Shown one piece after another: positions 42,484 to 52,916 of a stretch of DNA of 64,000 nt; the first letter of the stretch is position 1; every line of letters starts with the position of its first letter. The stretch is from an uncultured Armatimonadia bacterium (lineage in GTDB: Bacteria; Armatimonadota; Zipacnadia; CAVVLO01): assembly GCA_963749155.1 (NCBI GenBank), contig CAVVLO010000001.1, forward strand, positions 384,001 to 448,000, read 5' to 3'. Below the pieces are notes generated by a model, which made no database searches, was not told the DNA's origin, and was given only the letters and a program-made list of their open reading frames with translations. The position numbers and the translations under genes were made by a program.

Positions 42484-43909
42484 GTGAAGGAAGCTAGCTT
42501 GCTCGTTTTACTGCTGCTTATGATTCTGGCCTCGCTTGCTTCTGCGTGGGAGCCTGTCGCCGAGGGCATCGAGTACCAGACCTTCACCTTGCCCGACCCC
42601 AACAACCTCTATGTCGCCAGGATGGACCGCGCTAATCCTGCCGTGATGATCGAGAGCAGCCTGCCGCAGGGCAAGCTGTCGGGCGTCCGCGAGACCGTCG
42701 CCAGGCAGTCGGCCCGACTCGATGATGCCATCGGCTATTGGGATCGCGAGTGGGGGAGGCGCAATCAGGTCGTCGTCGCCATCAACGGCGACTGGATCAA
42801 CCTCGATAATAACGTCGTCTTCGGCGGGCAGTTCCACTCTGGCTGGTATGCCAAGCAGCTTCAGGGCATCTGGGGAGGCTCCACCTTTGCCTGGACTTTC
42901 GACCGCCAGGTGCATTTCAACGCATGCAACGAGTTCACCACCGACGTCCTCACAGTCCATTACCACGCCACTGGACGTAACTCAGACCGCCCAGGGCCTT
43001 GGCCGGCCGCGCGGCGAAAACGAACTTGTGCTCTACACGCCCCAGTATGACGCCACCACCGGCGCCGATGCCACCGGCGTTGAGGTCGTCATTCAGCTTG
43101 CTACGCCGACTCTGGCTCTCTCCCCGCCAGACGAAGTGACCGGGCAAGTGGTCGAAGTCCGCGTGGGGAAGGACGCCGCGCCCCTCCCCTTCGACTGCCT
43201 CGTGCTGTCCGCAACTGGCGAAGCCGCCGAGATGCTCCGCGCTAACGCGCCCCTTGGCAGTCAGGTGGGCCTCTCGCAGCACATCATCGGAATCGGCCTC
43301 GATGGCGCCACTCCTGACGGCTTCGACTGGCGGAACACTTATGCGGCAGTCCGGGGCAACCATCTCTTCCTGCAGGAGGGCCAACCCGTTGGCGGCCCGC
43401 ATGACCTGGCCCAGCGCCATCCGCGCACGGCCGTTGCCTGCAACGACCAGTATGTCTTCTTTATCGTGTGTGATGGCCGCTCTGAGGTGAGCCGGGGGAT
43501 GACCGCCATCGAACTGGGCGAGTTCTGCCGCGACCACCTGGGCGCCACCTGGGGACTGAACCTCGATGGTGGCGGCTCGTCCACGATGATTATCAAGGGC
43601 ACCGTGATGAACATGCCTTCCGACGGTCGTGAGCGTCCAATCGGCAACGGTCTGATGATGGTGAACCCGCAGCCGAAGCGCACCTCGACCGTTTTTGGAG
43701 CGGGGCAGACCGTTGCCACCACCACCGAAGCCAACCTGCGCCTCGGCCCTGGCACAAATTACGCTGTACTGGCGACTCTGCCGGTCGGGACAGAAGGCAT
43801 CCTGCTGCCGCACCAGCTTGCCGGTGTCTTCGCCAAGGGTGACTTCTGGTGGAAGGGCCTCTTCGCCGGTCAGTCCGGCTGGGTCGCCGAGTCGCTGCTG
43901 GCGCCGTAG
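42484..43909 (+). CDS. Phosphodiester glycosidase (NAGPA/DUF2233) with C-terminal SH3-like domain; frameshifted near 42980
   Basis: VAINGD, RHPRTAV, DGR, NLDGGGSS and NLRLGPGTNY. Confidence 0.85.
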
Positions 43910-44071
43910 ACTTGCATCCTGGTTTTGCCCGCCCTTCCCAGATAGGGGTGCAGGGGTGAGTCACCCCTGCGCCTTTAAAGCCTTCGCTCTTGGTGCCGAT
44001 CTCTGCAGGAGAAGATCACTCGACGCCGTAAGTGGTACCAACGCTCACTACAATGACAAGGAGAGTGACTT

Positions 44072-44950
44072 ATGAGAAGACTGTTCTGGATGCCCTTGCT
44101 GCTGATCGCCGCTTTGACCTTGCCTGCTGTGGCTGCACCTTCGCTCGGTGTGCCTTCAGGCTATCTCTTCCTGCCCAATGCCCAGGTTGCCCCGATGGAG
44201 GCCTGGGACGTAGGCCTTGCCTATGTCCACACCGCTGGTGACAATCAGCTTGGCGCCCTCGACGTAAGCGGTGGCCCACCTTGTGACAGCGACGGATTTG
44301 TCCTGCGCGGCATAACTGGCCTGTCCGAGACCGTAGAGGTCGGCGCCGGCCTGCAATATGTAGACAAGAGCTACGGCAGCGCCACTGCCTATATCCTCTC
44401 CGCCAAGGCTCAGGTCTGGGACGATGCCGCCCAGGGGCTGTCCGCCGCGGTTGGGCTCCTCTATCGCGACTGGAACGCCAACATGAGCTTTGATACCTTC
44501 AGCGGTTCCATCGATATGGAACTGCCCTCGATTTTCTCCGCTTACCTGGCTGTCGACAAGGCCTGGGGCGGGGAAGACGGCGAGGCGGCCGGCCTGGCAA
44601 CCCTTGGCCTGATGTACGACCGCTTCAAGAGCGCCAGGCAGCTCTCCAATACTGGCTGGGTGGTAATGCCGATTTCATGGCCTATCGATTTCGATGGGAC
44701 GGTCCAATCGAAGACTGCTTTGACACCCTTCCTGGCAATCCAGGTGACCCAGGATGATCTGACCTTCCTTGGTGAATACAAGCCGAAGATCGACGACAAC
44801 GGCTTCAACTATGCTGATGACTTGTGGGGGCTTGCGGTCCGCAAGCAGTTGAATCCAGACCTTACCCTTACAGCCGGCGTGACCAGCTTCAACCTGCCCT
44901 ACACTGACGCCGATATGGGCTTCTATCTGGATGCCGCCTGGGTGTTCTAG
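44072..44950 (+). CDS. Probable outer-membrane beta-barrel protein
   Basis: Signal peptide, G.SGY..LPNA N-terminus, amphipathic strands and C-terminal W-x-F. Confidence 0.6.
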   Translation: MRRLFWMPLLLIAALTLPAVAAPSLGVPSGYLFLPNAQVAPMEAWDVGLAYVHTAGDNQLGALDVSGGPPCDSDGFVLRGITGLSETVEVGAGLQYVDKSYGSATAYILSAKAQVWDDAAQGLSAAVGLLYRDWNANMSFDTFSGSIDMELPSIFSAYLAVDKAWGGEDGEAAGLATLGLMYDRFKSARQLSNTGWVVMPISWPIDFDGTVQSKTALTPFLAIQVTQDDLTFLGEYKPKIDDNGFNYADDLWGLAVRKQLNPDLTLTAGVTSFNLPYTDADMGFYLDAAWVF

Positions 44951-44969
44951 GTAAACCATCCTTGCTTGC

Positions 44970-45823
44970 GTGTTTCGCGAACTCGTTCCCGAAACCCAGC
45001 AAAGATTGAAAAAATACGATGGTGCAGGGGTTCTGCCCCTGCACCCGCCTTCTTACTTGCGTGTTTCGGGAGTCTTGCTCCCGAAACCTGGGCTCGCTGC
45101 ACTGATCCTTGCCGCGAAGCGGCGGGTCTGGAGCCTCTGAGCTTGCACCTGAGGTGCCTTTGCCTTATGTAGGGGCGGGTCTGAGATCTCCGCCCAGCCC
45201 GAGGCCGTTGGAGCCGAGGCTCCTGAGCAGGCGGCTGCCAGGCCTTGCCTTATGTAGGGGCGGGTTGAGACCGCCCAGCCCGAGGCCCTGAGGCTCTCGA
45301 AGGGCCAATCCAATTACCTTGATGCAAGTGAACCGGCAAAGAATCGATGGTGCAGGGGTTCTACCCCTGCACCCGCCTTCTTACTCACGTGTTTCGGGAG
45401 TCTTTGCTCCCGAAACCTTGGAGCCTGGCTTGCACCTGACGCCTTTGCCTTATGTAGGGGCGGGTCTGAGACCCGCCCAGCCCGAGGCCCTGAGGCTCTC
45501 GAAGGGCCAATCCAATTACCTTGATGCAAGTGAACCGGCAAAGAATCGATGGTGCAGGGGTTCTACCCCTGCACCCGCCTTCTTACTCACGTGTTTCGGG
45601 AGTCTTTGCTCCCGAAACCTTGGAGCTTGGCTTGCACCTGATGCCTTTGCCTTATGTAGGGGCGGGTCTGAGACCCGCCCAGCCCGAGGCCCTGAGGCTC
45701 TCGAAGGGCCAATCCAATTACCTTGATGCAAGTGAACCGGCAAAGAATCGATGGTGCAGGGGTTCTACCCCTGCACCCGCCTTCTTACTCACGTGTTTCG
45801 GGAGTCTTTGCTCCCGAAACCTT
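44970..45823 (+). repeat. Mosaic tandem array 1 (BIME-like), 202-bp unit, about 2.8 near-identical copies plus one degenerate copy
   Basis: Unit phase points at 45281, 45483 and 45685; each unit contains hairpins E, C, A and B. Confidence 0.92.
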
Positions 45824-45855
45824 GCAACCTTGGAGCTCTTTCCAGCCAATCCATG

Positions 45856-45985
45856 GTAAAACCTTTGTAAATCTTTCGCGTAGTCGACCCTGAAACGCTC
45901 GGTCTGGCACGCTTCTTGCATAATATAACCCCCGGGTGGGAGGGGGTTTGGGATGGGATTCCCGGGGGTTGCGAAAGTGTTTCGG
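45856..45985 (+). ncRNA. Sigma-54 / G-tract cassette, copy 3
   Basis: GTAAAACCTTTGTAAATCT (45856), TGGCACGCTTCTTGCA (45905-45920), and a stem AACCCCCGGG/CCCGGGGGTT enclosing the G-tracts. Confidence 0.55.
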
Positions 45986-46063
45986 AAACCTGACAATCCT
46001 TGTTCCCACGAGCTTTTTAGGACGCCTTGAGGCCCTTTACTCGCTCTTTCCAGGTGATGCGCA

Positions 46064-46891
46064 ATGCCCGAACCTGACGCTGGCCAGTCTCAATATGCTT
46101 TTCCCAGGCTCAGCCTCGCCCCCTTTGTTCACGAATACGCACCCAAAGAGACCGTTCGCGTGGACTATACGAGCCTCGTAGATGGCTTCGCCGACTGGGC
46201 CTTGCTCTGTCCTCCTCGCCACGAGTCGCTTTGGCTTGTTTTCGTCCACGGTCATGGCTCAGCGGGCGATCAGCTCTTCGTGCGCGAGGATATCCGGGAG
46301 CGTCTCCTCTTCCCGGCGCTCGAACGTGGCCTCGGACTGCTGATGGTCAACCTGCGCGGCAACGCCTGGATGGGCCCGGCTGCGGCTGAAGACCTGCTCG
46401 CTCTGATCAAATTCATCCGCGGCGATTATGGGGCAAAGAAGCTGATTTTCCCAAGTGGCTCGATGGGCGCAAGCAGTAATCTCATCTTCGCCCGCATGTA
46501 TCCTGAGGAAGTCGCCGGGGTCGTGGCCCTTTGTCCGGCTACTGACCTTGCCTCCTATTGGGCCTGGTGTAAGGAAAAAGCTTCGCCGATTACACTCGAG
46601 ATAGCCAGTGCAATCCAGGAGTCATACGGAGGCGTCCCTTCCGAGCGGCCAGCTCTTTATGAAGTCCACTCCGCGCTGTTTGGGGCGGACCGGCTCAGGA
46701 TGCCGCTCTTCCTCGCCCATGGTACCGCCGATGACATCATCCCTGTGGAACAGTCTCGGCGCCTTGCAGAGCGGCTTGCCACCAAGCCAACGTTCACTTA
46801 TGTAGAACAACCTGGCGGCCACCATGACACGCCACTAGCCCTGGCCACCGAGGCCCTGGACCAGGTCCTCTCCCAGGTCGAAACGGGCTGA
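46064..46891 (+). CDS. Alpha/beta hydrolase (S9-like esterase/peptidase)
   Basis: FVHGHGS, GSMGA nucleophile, HGTADDIIP and GGHH. Confidence 0.85.
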   Translation: MPEPDAGQSQYAFPRLSLAPFVHEYAPKETVRVDYTSLVDGFADWALLCPPRHESLWLVFVHGHGSAGDQLFVREDIRERLLFPALERGLGLLMVNLRGNAWMGPAAAEDLLALIKFIRGDYGAKKLIFPSGSMGASSNLIFARMYPEEVAGVVALCPATDLASYWAWCKEKASPITLEIASAIQESYGGVPSERPALYEVHSALFGADRLRMPLFLAHGTADDIIPVEQSRRLAERLATKPTFTYVEQPGGHHDTPLALATEALDQVLSQVETG

Positions 46892-46917
46892 AAGCCAGAC
46901 TTCGGAGTCGCGCATCG

Positions 46918-47485
46918 CCCCTGCACCCGCCTTCCGACTCACGTGTTTCGGGAGTCTTTGCTCCCGAAACCTTGGAGCCTGGCTTGCACCTGACGCCTTT
47001 GCCTTATGTAGGGGCGGGTCTGAGACCCGCCCAGCCCGAGGCGCCCCAGGCGCCGAGGCCCTGAGGCTCTCGAAGGGCCTTATTCATATCCCCGCCGAGG
47101 CCGTCAGGCCGCCTTGTCGAAGGACCCTGTTCATATCTCTACCGAGGCCCTGAGGCTCTCGAAGGGCCAATCCAATTACCTTGATGCAAGTGAACCGGCA
47201 AGGAATCGATGGTGCAGGGGTTCTACCCCTGCACCCGCCTTCCGACTGACGTGTTTCGGGAGTCTTTGCTCCCGAAACCTTGGAGCCTGGCTTGCACCTG
47301 ACGCCTTTGCCTTATGTAGGGGCGGGTCTGAGACCCGCCCAGCCCGAGGCGCCCCAGGCGCCGAGGCCCTGAGGCTCTCGAAGGGCCTTATTCATATCCC
47401 CGCCGAGGCCATAGGCCGCCTTGTCGAAGGACCCTGTTCATATCTCTACCGAGGTCGTGAGGCTCGCGAAGGGCCAATCCAATAA
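46918..47485 (+). repeat. Mosaic tandem array 2, 308-bp unit, about 1.8 copies
   Basis: Family A at 46943 and 47251, family B at 47008 and 47316, and several family E motifs. Confidence 0.9.
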
Positions 47486-47552
47486 CTTACAGTGTTACGC
47501 CTTTGCCCTCCAGCAGGCTTCTCCTCGCCTGCCGTCGAACCCTTGCTGCATT

Positions 47553-50038
47553 ATGAAGTCAGCCTGGGAAATCAGCTTGTTCGCCTGCCTTGTTCTGGTT
47601 CTCCAGACTACCTTCACCTTTGCCCAGGGGGAGCTACCGATGCCTGATTCTGCCCTTGCCACGCCCCAGCTTTGCACTGGCCCGCGCCTGCTCAAGCTTG
47701 GCGAGAGCCTTGATTTCGAGCTTCACGCCCCCGAGGGAGTCCAGTGTGGCCCGCTTGTGGTTTTCACGCGCTATCTCGAGCAAGCTAATCCGGGCGAAGC
47801 CTTCCAGCTCAACGATTCGCTCGCCTGGGTGGAATCTCAGCCAAAAGTCGAGGTGCCGGTCCAGTGGTCAGGTTCTCTTGGGACAGCCACCTACACCCCC
47901 TCCGAAACCGGCAGTTACCTCGCCAGGTGGACAGTGGGAGAGGAGACCTTCTACAGGTATTTCGCCGCCATCGAGGACGACTCTCTGGTGCTCAGCTTCA
48001 GCCCCTTCTGCCCGCTCGAGCCAACGCCCACGCTCCATTCGACGGGCATCCCGCTTGACTACCGCATGCCCGCCGACCGCCTTCAGCCGGGCGATGCCCT
48101 CTGCGCCAGGCTGCTCAGTTACAACCGGCTTTGGGGCGATAACTTCCTGCCCATCCTGCCTGACACCCCCGACCTCGATGCCGCTGCCAGGCAAGCCCAA
48201 TATGGTGAAGCGCTTGGCAAGGTCAGAGCTTTGCTGCCGGATCCTGCGGATGGGCGCTCTGCCTGGCTCGAATGCAATCACGAACTCGACCCCGGTTATG
48301 GCGACCTCCTGTCAAAACTCGGGATAAACGACCATTGTGGCCTCTGGTGCGCCAATGCCAAGCCCTGGCTGGGGATGCCCGAGTTTCCCTATTTCACCTC
48401 GCCTGCGGATTGCCGCAAGCCTTGTCAGACGGGCAACGTCGGGCTGGTCTCCCACCAGTGGGATTTCTGCGGTGGCTGGCACTTCCTCGGGCCTGTGAGC
48501 TGGCATTTCAAAGTGACCGAGGGCAACTGGTCAAAGGCTGAAAGCTGCATGCTGCAGGGGATCACGGAATACGAGAATCTGACTCAGATGTCCGGCCATC
48601 CTGCCTTCTTGAATCCCCTCTACGAAGCGCTTGATGTCGGGCTGGGTTATCCGAATCCGGATTTTGAAATCGGCACTGGCGAGCCGCGCAACTTCAAAGG
48701 CCTGGTTGATGAGGCCTTTCTGTGCAACCGGGCTCTCACTCACGCGGAGCTTCAAGCCCTTATCGCAGAAGGCCTCAGCGCGCTGGAAGCGCCTCTTGCC
48801 GCCTGGGACTTCGAGGGAGACGGGCTTTCCTTTAACTGACGTCTCAGGTCACGGTCACCACGCCGAACTGATAAACGGCGCCCATCTGGAAGAAGGCCGT
48901 CGGGGTAAAGCTCTCGCGCTTGATGGTGTAGATGACAGCCTGGCCATCAAAACCGCCCTCTTTGTCGACACAACTGACTTCTCAATGGGTTGCTGGGTAA
49001 AGCCTGGCGCGGAGCAAAGGCAGTATGCCAACCTGCTTTCGAGCCATAACGCAGGCGGCAGTGGCCCCTTCAGGGGGATATCCTTCGAACAGGATTCAAC
49101 CAACGCCAACCGGTTCCATCTTATCGCTGGAGATGGTACCGGCTGGTATATCTCCGACAATGTGCAACTCGAAGCAGGTCGCTGGCAGCATCTGGCCGCA
49201 GTGCGCGAGGGCCGGCGCCTTGGCCTTTACCTGGATGGACAGCTTGCCGCCCAGAACGAACTGCCTTCCGAAGCGCCTTTCCCGGCAGCCACAGACGGCC
49301 TGCGGATCGGAGACTGGGTAAGGGGTACGCCTGATGTTAATCGCGCCAGGCAGTTCCTGGATTTCGTCGAGCGCTACCAGCGCTTCATCGCCTTCGACCT
49401 GCCAAAATCGCATAAGCTGGTCTTTGCCCGCTCGCAGGATGTTGCCGATTATTACCGCCGGCACTTTGTGACCACGCCGCGCACCGTCTTCTCAAGCAAG
49501 ACTGACCACGTGACTTATGACATTTGGTGGACCTATCAGTGGGATATGAACCGGTATTTTATGGTCACTCGCGAGCGGCTCCCCTGGCTGACCCGAGTCT
49601 TGAAGGTGCCGCGGATCGGTTACAAGGATCCTCTTTCTTATGAGTTCCTTCTCCTCGAGGACGAGCCGGTGGTCCATCCGGTTCGAGCGCGAGTGCCCGC
49701 ATCCCATCTGGCGTTTCGATTACCGCATGCAGGAGACGACCGAGGAAGGCAGCGCTGTACTCCGGACCGAGCTGCCAGATGTCTACACCCCGGTGCCGAA
49801 GTGGGAGAGGGACGGGGAGGAGTTGGTACTGCGTGTGCGACTGACCTCGCCGGCGCCCTTCGACGATTATGCCCTCTGCATCTGGGCCTTGCCGCCTGAA
49901 CTGGACGCCTCGACCCTTACCTGTGCGGGCGCGAAAGAACTCATCCTCGCCCGCAACACCGATAGCGAGCGCCACGTCGTCCTTTTCTTCGACCTGAAGC
50001 CAAGCCTGGTGTTGGAACTGCGCGGAAAGGCACTCTAG
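47553..50038 (+). CDS. Secreted hypothetical protein with internal LamG domain; paralog of 24653..26503; two frameshifts
   Basis: ORFs 47421..48839, 48631..49899 and 49640..50038 join; LamG motif FSMGCWVK...WQHLAAVR...LYLDG. Confidence 0.7.
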
Positions 50039-50048
50039 CCCTGGCCAC

Positions 50049-50680
50049 GTGTTTCGGGAGTCTTTGCTCCCGAAACCTTGGAACTCGCTTGCACCAAACG
50101 TCTTTGCCTTATGTAGGGGCGGGTCTGAGACCCGCCCAGCCCGAGGCCATAAGGCCGAGGCCCTGAGGCTCAGGCTGCCAGGCCGCTCTCGAAGGGCCAA
50201 TCCAATAACCTTGCCGCAAGCGTCCTGGCAAGAAATCGATGGTGCAGGGGTTCTACCCCTGCACCCGCCTTCTTACTCACGTGTTTCGGGAGTCTTTGCT
50301 CCCGAAACCCTGGAGCTCGCTTGCACCTAACGCCTTTGCCTTATGTAGGGGCGGGTCTGAGACCCGCCCAGCCCGAGGCCATCAGGCCGAGGCCTGAGGC
50401 TGTCGAAGGACCATGTTCATATCTCCACCGAGGTCCTGAGGCTCTCGAAGGGCCAACCCAATAACCTTGCCGCAAGCGTCCTGGCAAGAAATCGATGGTG
50501 CAGGGGTTCTACCCCTGCACCCGCCTTCTTACTCACGTGTTTCGGGAGTCTTTGCTCCCGAAACCCGGAGCTCGCTTGCACCTGACGCCTTTGCCTTATG
50601 TAGGGGCGGGTCTGAGACCCGCCCAGCTTTAACCCAACCAGGCTAAGTGTTTCGGAGTCTTTGCTCCCGAAACCTTGGAC
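50049..50680 (+). repeat. Mosaic tandem array 3 (units of about 232 and 256 bp)
   Basis: Family A at 50049, 50281, 50537 and 50647; family B at 50113, 50345 and 50600. Confidence 0.9.
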
Positions 50681-50707
50681 CCTTGGAGCCTTTTCCAACC
50701 AGCTTCG

Positions 50708-50846
50708 GTAAAACCTTTGTAAATCTTTCGCGTAGACACCCCCGAAACACCCGTTCTGGCATGCTTCTTGCATAATATAACCCCCGGGTGGGAGGGGGTT
50801 TGGGATGGGATTCCCGGGGGTTGCGAAAGTGTTGCGAAAGTGTTTC
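50708..50846 (+). ncRNA. Sigma-54 / G-tract cassette, copy 4
   Basis: Box at 50708, TGGCATGCTTCTTGCA (50757-50772), and the same stem and G-tracts as copy 3. Confidence 0.55.
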
Positions 50847-50987
50847 AAAGCCGCCGCCGACTCACCTTAACGCACCTTCAACCGGATTCGCGCCGGCGAA
50901 GCCACTTCCGATGGTGCAGCGGCAACTCCTGAGCTTTGCTCACGCCGCCCCTGGGGTGTTCTGCCTTTACCCCTGCAAAGTTGGCTT

Positions 50988-52013
50988 TCAGCCTTTCGGA
51001 GGGCGCTCCATCAGTTCCTGGATGATCTCGGCAATCGCCTCCGAGCTTGCTACCTGTTCGAGGCATATCTGTTTTGAGGTCGCATCCTCAATCCACTTGT
51101 GCTCGCCAGTTGCTGCATCGATCTCTACGCGCCAGCCGCGCCTCTCTTTCCACAGGTCGCCTGGCCCCTTCACTGCATAGAGGGCTGCGCACTGGTCCCA
51201 GCTCGAACGCAGATAGGGCGCTCTTAAGGTATAGATCTCATAAGCCAGCCGCACTGGGTTGGCCGCCGGGCCTTCGGTCACCAGCTTGCCTCCGGTCAGG
51301 ATATCCTCCCCCGAGGGCGACACCACGAGTTCTACCGGCCAGTTGTTGACGACCCTCACTGCCGAAGCCAGGTCCGCAGCCCAGTTGAAGGTGTCTTTTC
51401 CCCTTGGCCAGACCCCCATCGCCATCGAGACAAGCCTCTTCACCTTTCGCTGGACCAGTTCTTCACCGCTAAGAGGACTAAATATATCCGGCTGAGAGTC
51501 TAGTAGCCCAGCGATTCCAGACAGTTGGCCTACCGCGCAGATCGTGATGGAGCCATCCTCCGCCCTGGCTAGCAACTTGCGATACTGGGTAACTGTGTTC
51601 GGGATAGGCGCGCCTTCTACGGTCCGAGTGTGAGGGAAGTTTTTCGCTACCGCCTCGACATAGTCGTGGCCGTGTTCAGCTACGTAAGCCGCCGCGTTAC
51701 GATAAAGCTGATACTCGGGCGCCGTCTCGTAATTTGCCCACATCATACCGCCGATGGGCAGCTCGCCTCGCCCATACCAGGTGTTGATGGCGTCGATGCA
51801 GTGGGGCCCGAAGTCCGTCGGCGCCGAGTGAAGCGCGCCAATCAGGTTGACCAGCCCTTCATCCGCCAGCGCGTGCAGTACCGCAAGTGCTCCGCAATCA
51901 TCCACATCAGAGTGCATATCAGTATCGAATATCAGGTCCACAGGCGCCCTCCCACTAACTGCCACCGAGGTAATCCCCAGCATCAGGACAAGTCCAATTA
52001 TCAGATAACGCAT
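50988..52013 (-). CDS. Secreted nucleoside hydrolase-family protein
   Basis: IFDTDMHSDVDD, VGQLS and SSWD; N-terminal signal peptide. Confidence 0.85.
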   Translation of the reverse strand: MRYLIIGLVLMLGITSVAVSGRAPVDLIFDTDMHSDVDDCGALAVLHALADEGLVNLIGALHSAPTDFGPHCIDAINTWYGRGELPIGGMMWANYETAPEYQLYRNAAAYVAEHGHDYVEAVAKNFPHTRTVEGAPIPNTVTQYRKLLARAEDGSITICAVGQLSGIAGLLDSQPDIFSPLSGEELVQRKVKRLVSMAMGVWPRGKDTFNWAADLASAVRVVNNWPVELVVSPSGEDILTGGKLVTEGPAANPVRLAYEIYTLRAPYLRSSWDQCAALYAVKGPGDLWKERRGWRVEIDAATGEHKWIEDATSKQICLEQVASSEAIAEIIQELMERPPKG

Positions 52014-52211
52014 TTTTCTCTCACTCCAGCCAAGGGTGAACTGATTCGTGCTTTTGCCCTTGATACCTGTTGAAGTCTGCCTGTAAAATCTCTCTCTCTC
52101 GCCTCGCTCCCAAGCCTTGTTGGTCCTCTGGCAGGAGACAAAACTCTCGCGCCGAAGCAATAATTAGTCTCATATGTGACCTTTCAGATTCCTGTAATTG
52201 GAGTTTCCCTG

Positions 52212-52907
52212 ATGACCCTGCCTGCGCCAGTGGCGCCGCTCAAAGACACTAACGAACTGCGCGAAGAGATAATCGCGGCGGCGCGTTTCTGGACCGAACG
52301 CGACCTTACTATTGGCACCTGGGGCAATATCTCGGTCCGCGTCGAGGAAGGCTTGCTGGTTACGCCCTCGGCGATGGATTATGCCACTCTAGTTCCCGAC
52401 GACCTGGTGGTCGTTTCCTGGGAAGGCGTCCGTATCAAAGGCCACCGGCTCGCTTCTTCCGAAACCCAGACCCACCGGCTGCTTCTGCTCGCGCGGCCCG
52501 ATATGGTCGCATCAGTCCATGCGCATGCCCCCTATGCCTGTATCTGCTCCTCGGCGCACAGGACAATCCCTGTGGTAATGGAAGATATGGCCCAAAGCCT
52601 GGGTGGCGAGGTGCGTTGCTCGGTCTACGTGGCCGGTGGTCGCCATATGGAGCTTGCCGAAGCTGCCGTCGCCGCGCTCGGGCATCATTCCCAGGCGGTG
52701 CTCCTCGCGAATCATGGCCCCTTCGTGCTGGGCGCCACCCTCCGGGCCGCCGCAGTTGGGATCCAGGTGCTCGAGAAAGCTGCTATGGCTTTTGTGCTTG
52801 GAGGCCTCATAGGAGGCGCGGTGCCTATCCCCCCCGAACTCGTCGAGGAAGAACACGATCGCTTCACAAATAAATACGGCAGACCTGAAGACAAATCTAC
52901 CGGCTAG
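52212..52907 (+). CDS. Class II aldolase/adducin-family protein (FucA-like)
   Basis: GTWGNISVR, VTPS, ASSE..TH, VHAH and LLANHG. Confidence 0.9.
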   Translation: MTLPAPVAPLKDTNELREEIIAAARFWTERDLTIGTWGNISVRVEEGLLVTPSAMDYATLVPDDLVVVSWEGVRIKGHRLASSETQTHRLLLLARPDMVASVHAHAPYACICSSAHRTIPVVMEDMAQSLGGEVRCSVYVAGGRHMELAEAAVAALGHHSQAVLLANHGPFVLGATLRAAAVGIQVLEKAAMAFVLGGLIGGAVPIPPELVEEEHDRFTNKYGRPEDKSTG

Positions 52908-52916
52908 TCGATTATT

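Noticed and set aside
45053..46009. Repeated small ORFs (e.g. MPVHLHQGNW...)
   Set aside because: They are translations of the tandem DNA repeat, have no RBS, and are open on both strands.
44970..50680. CRISPR array
   Set aside because: Sequence between the palindromes is itself repeated, so there are no unique spacers. Periods are 200-300 bp and no cas genes are present.
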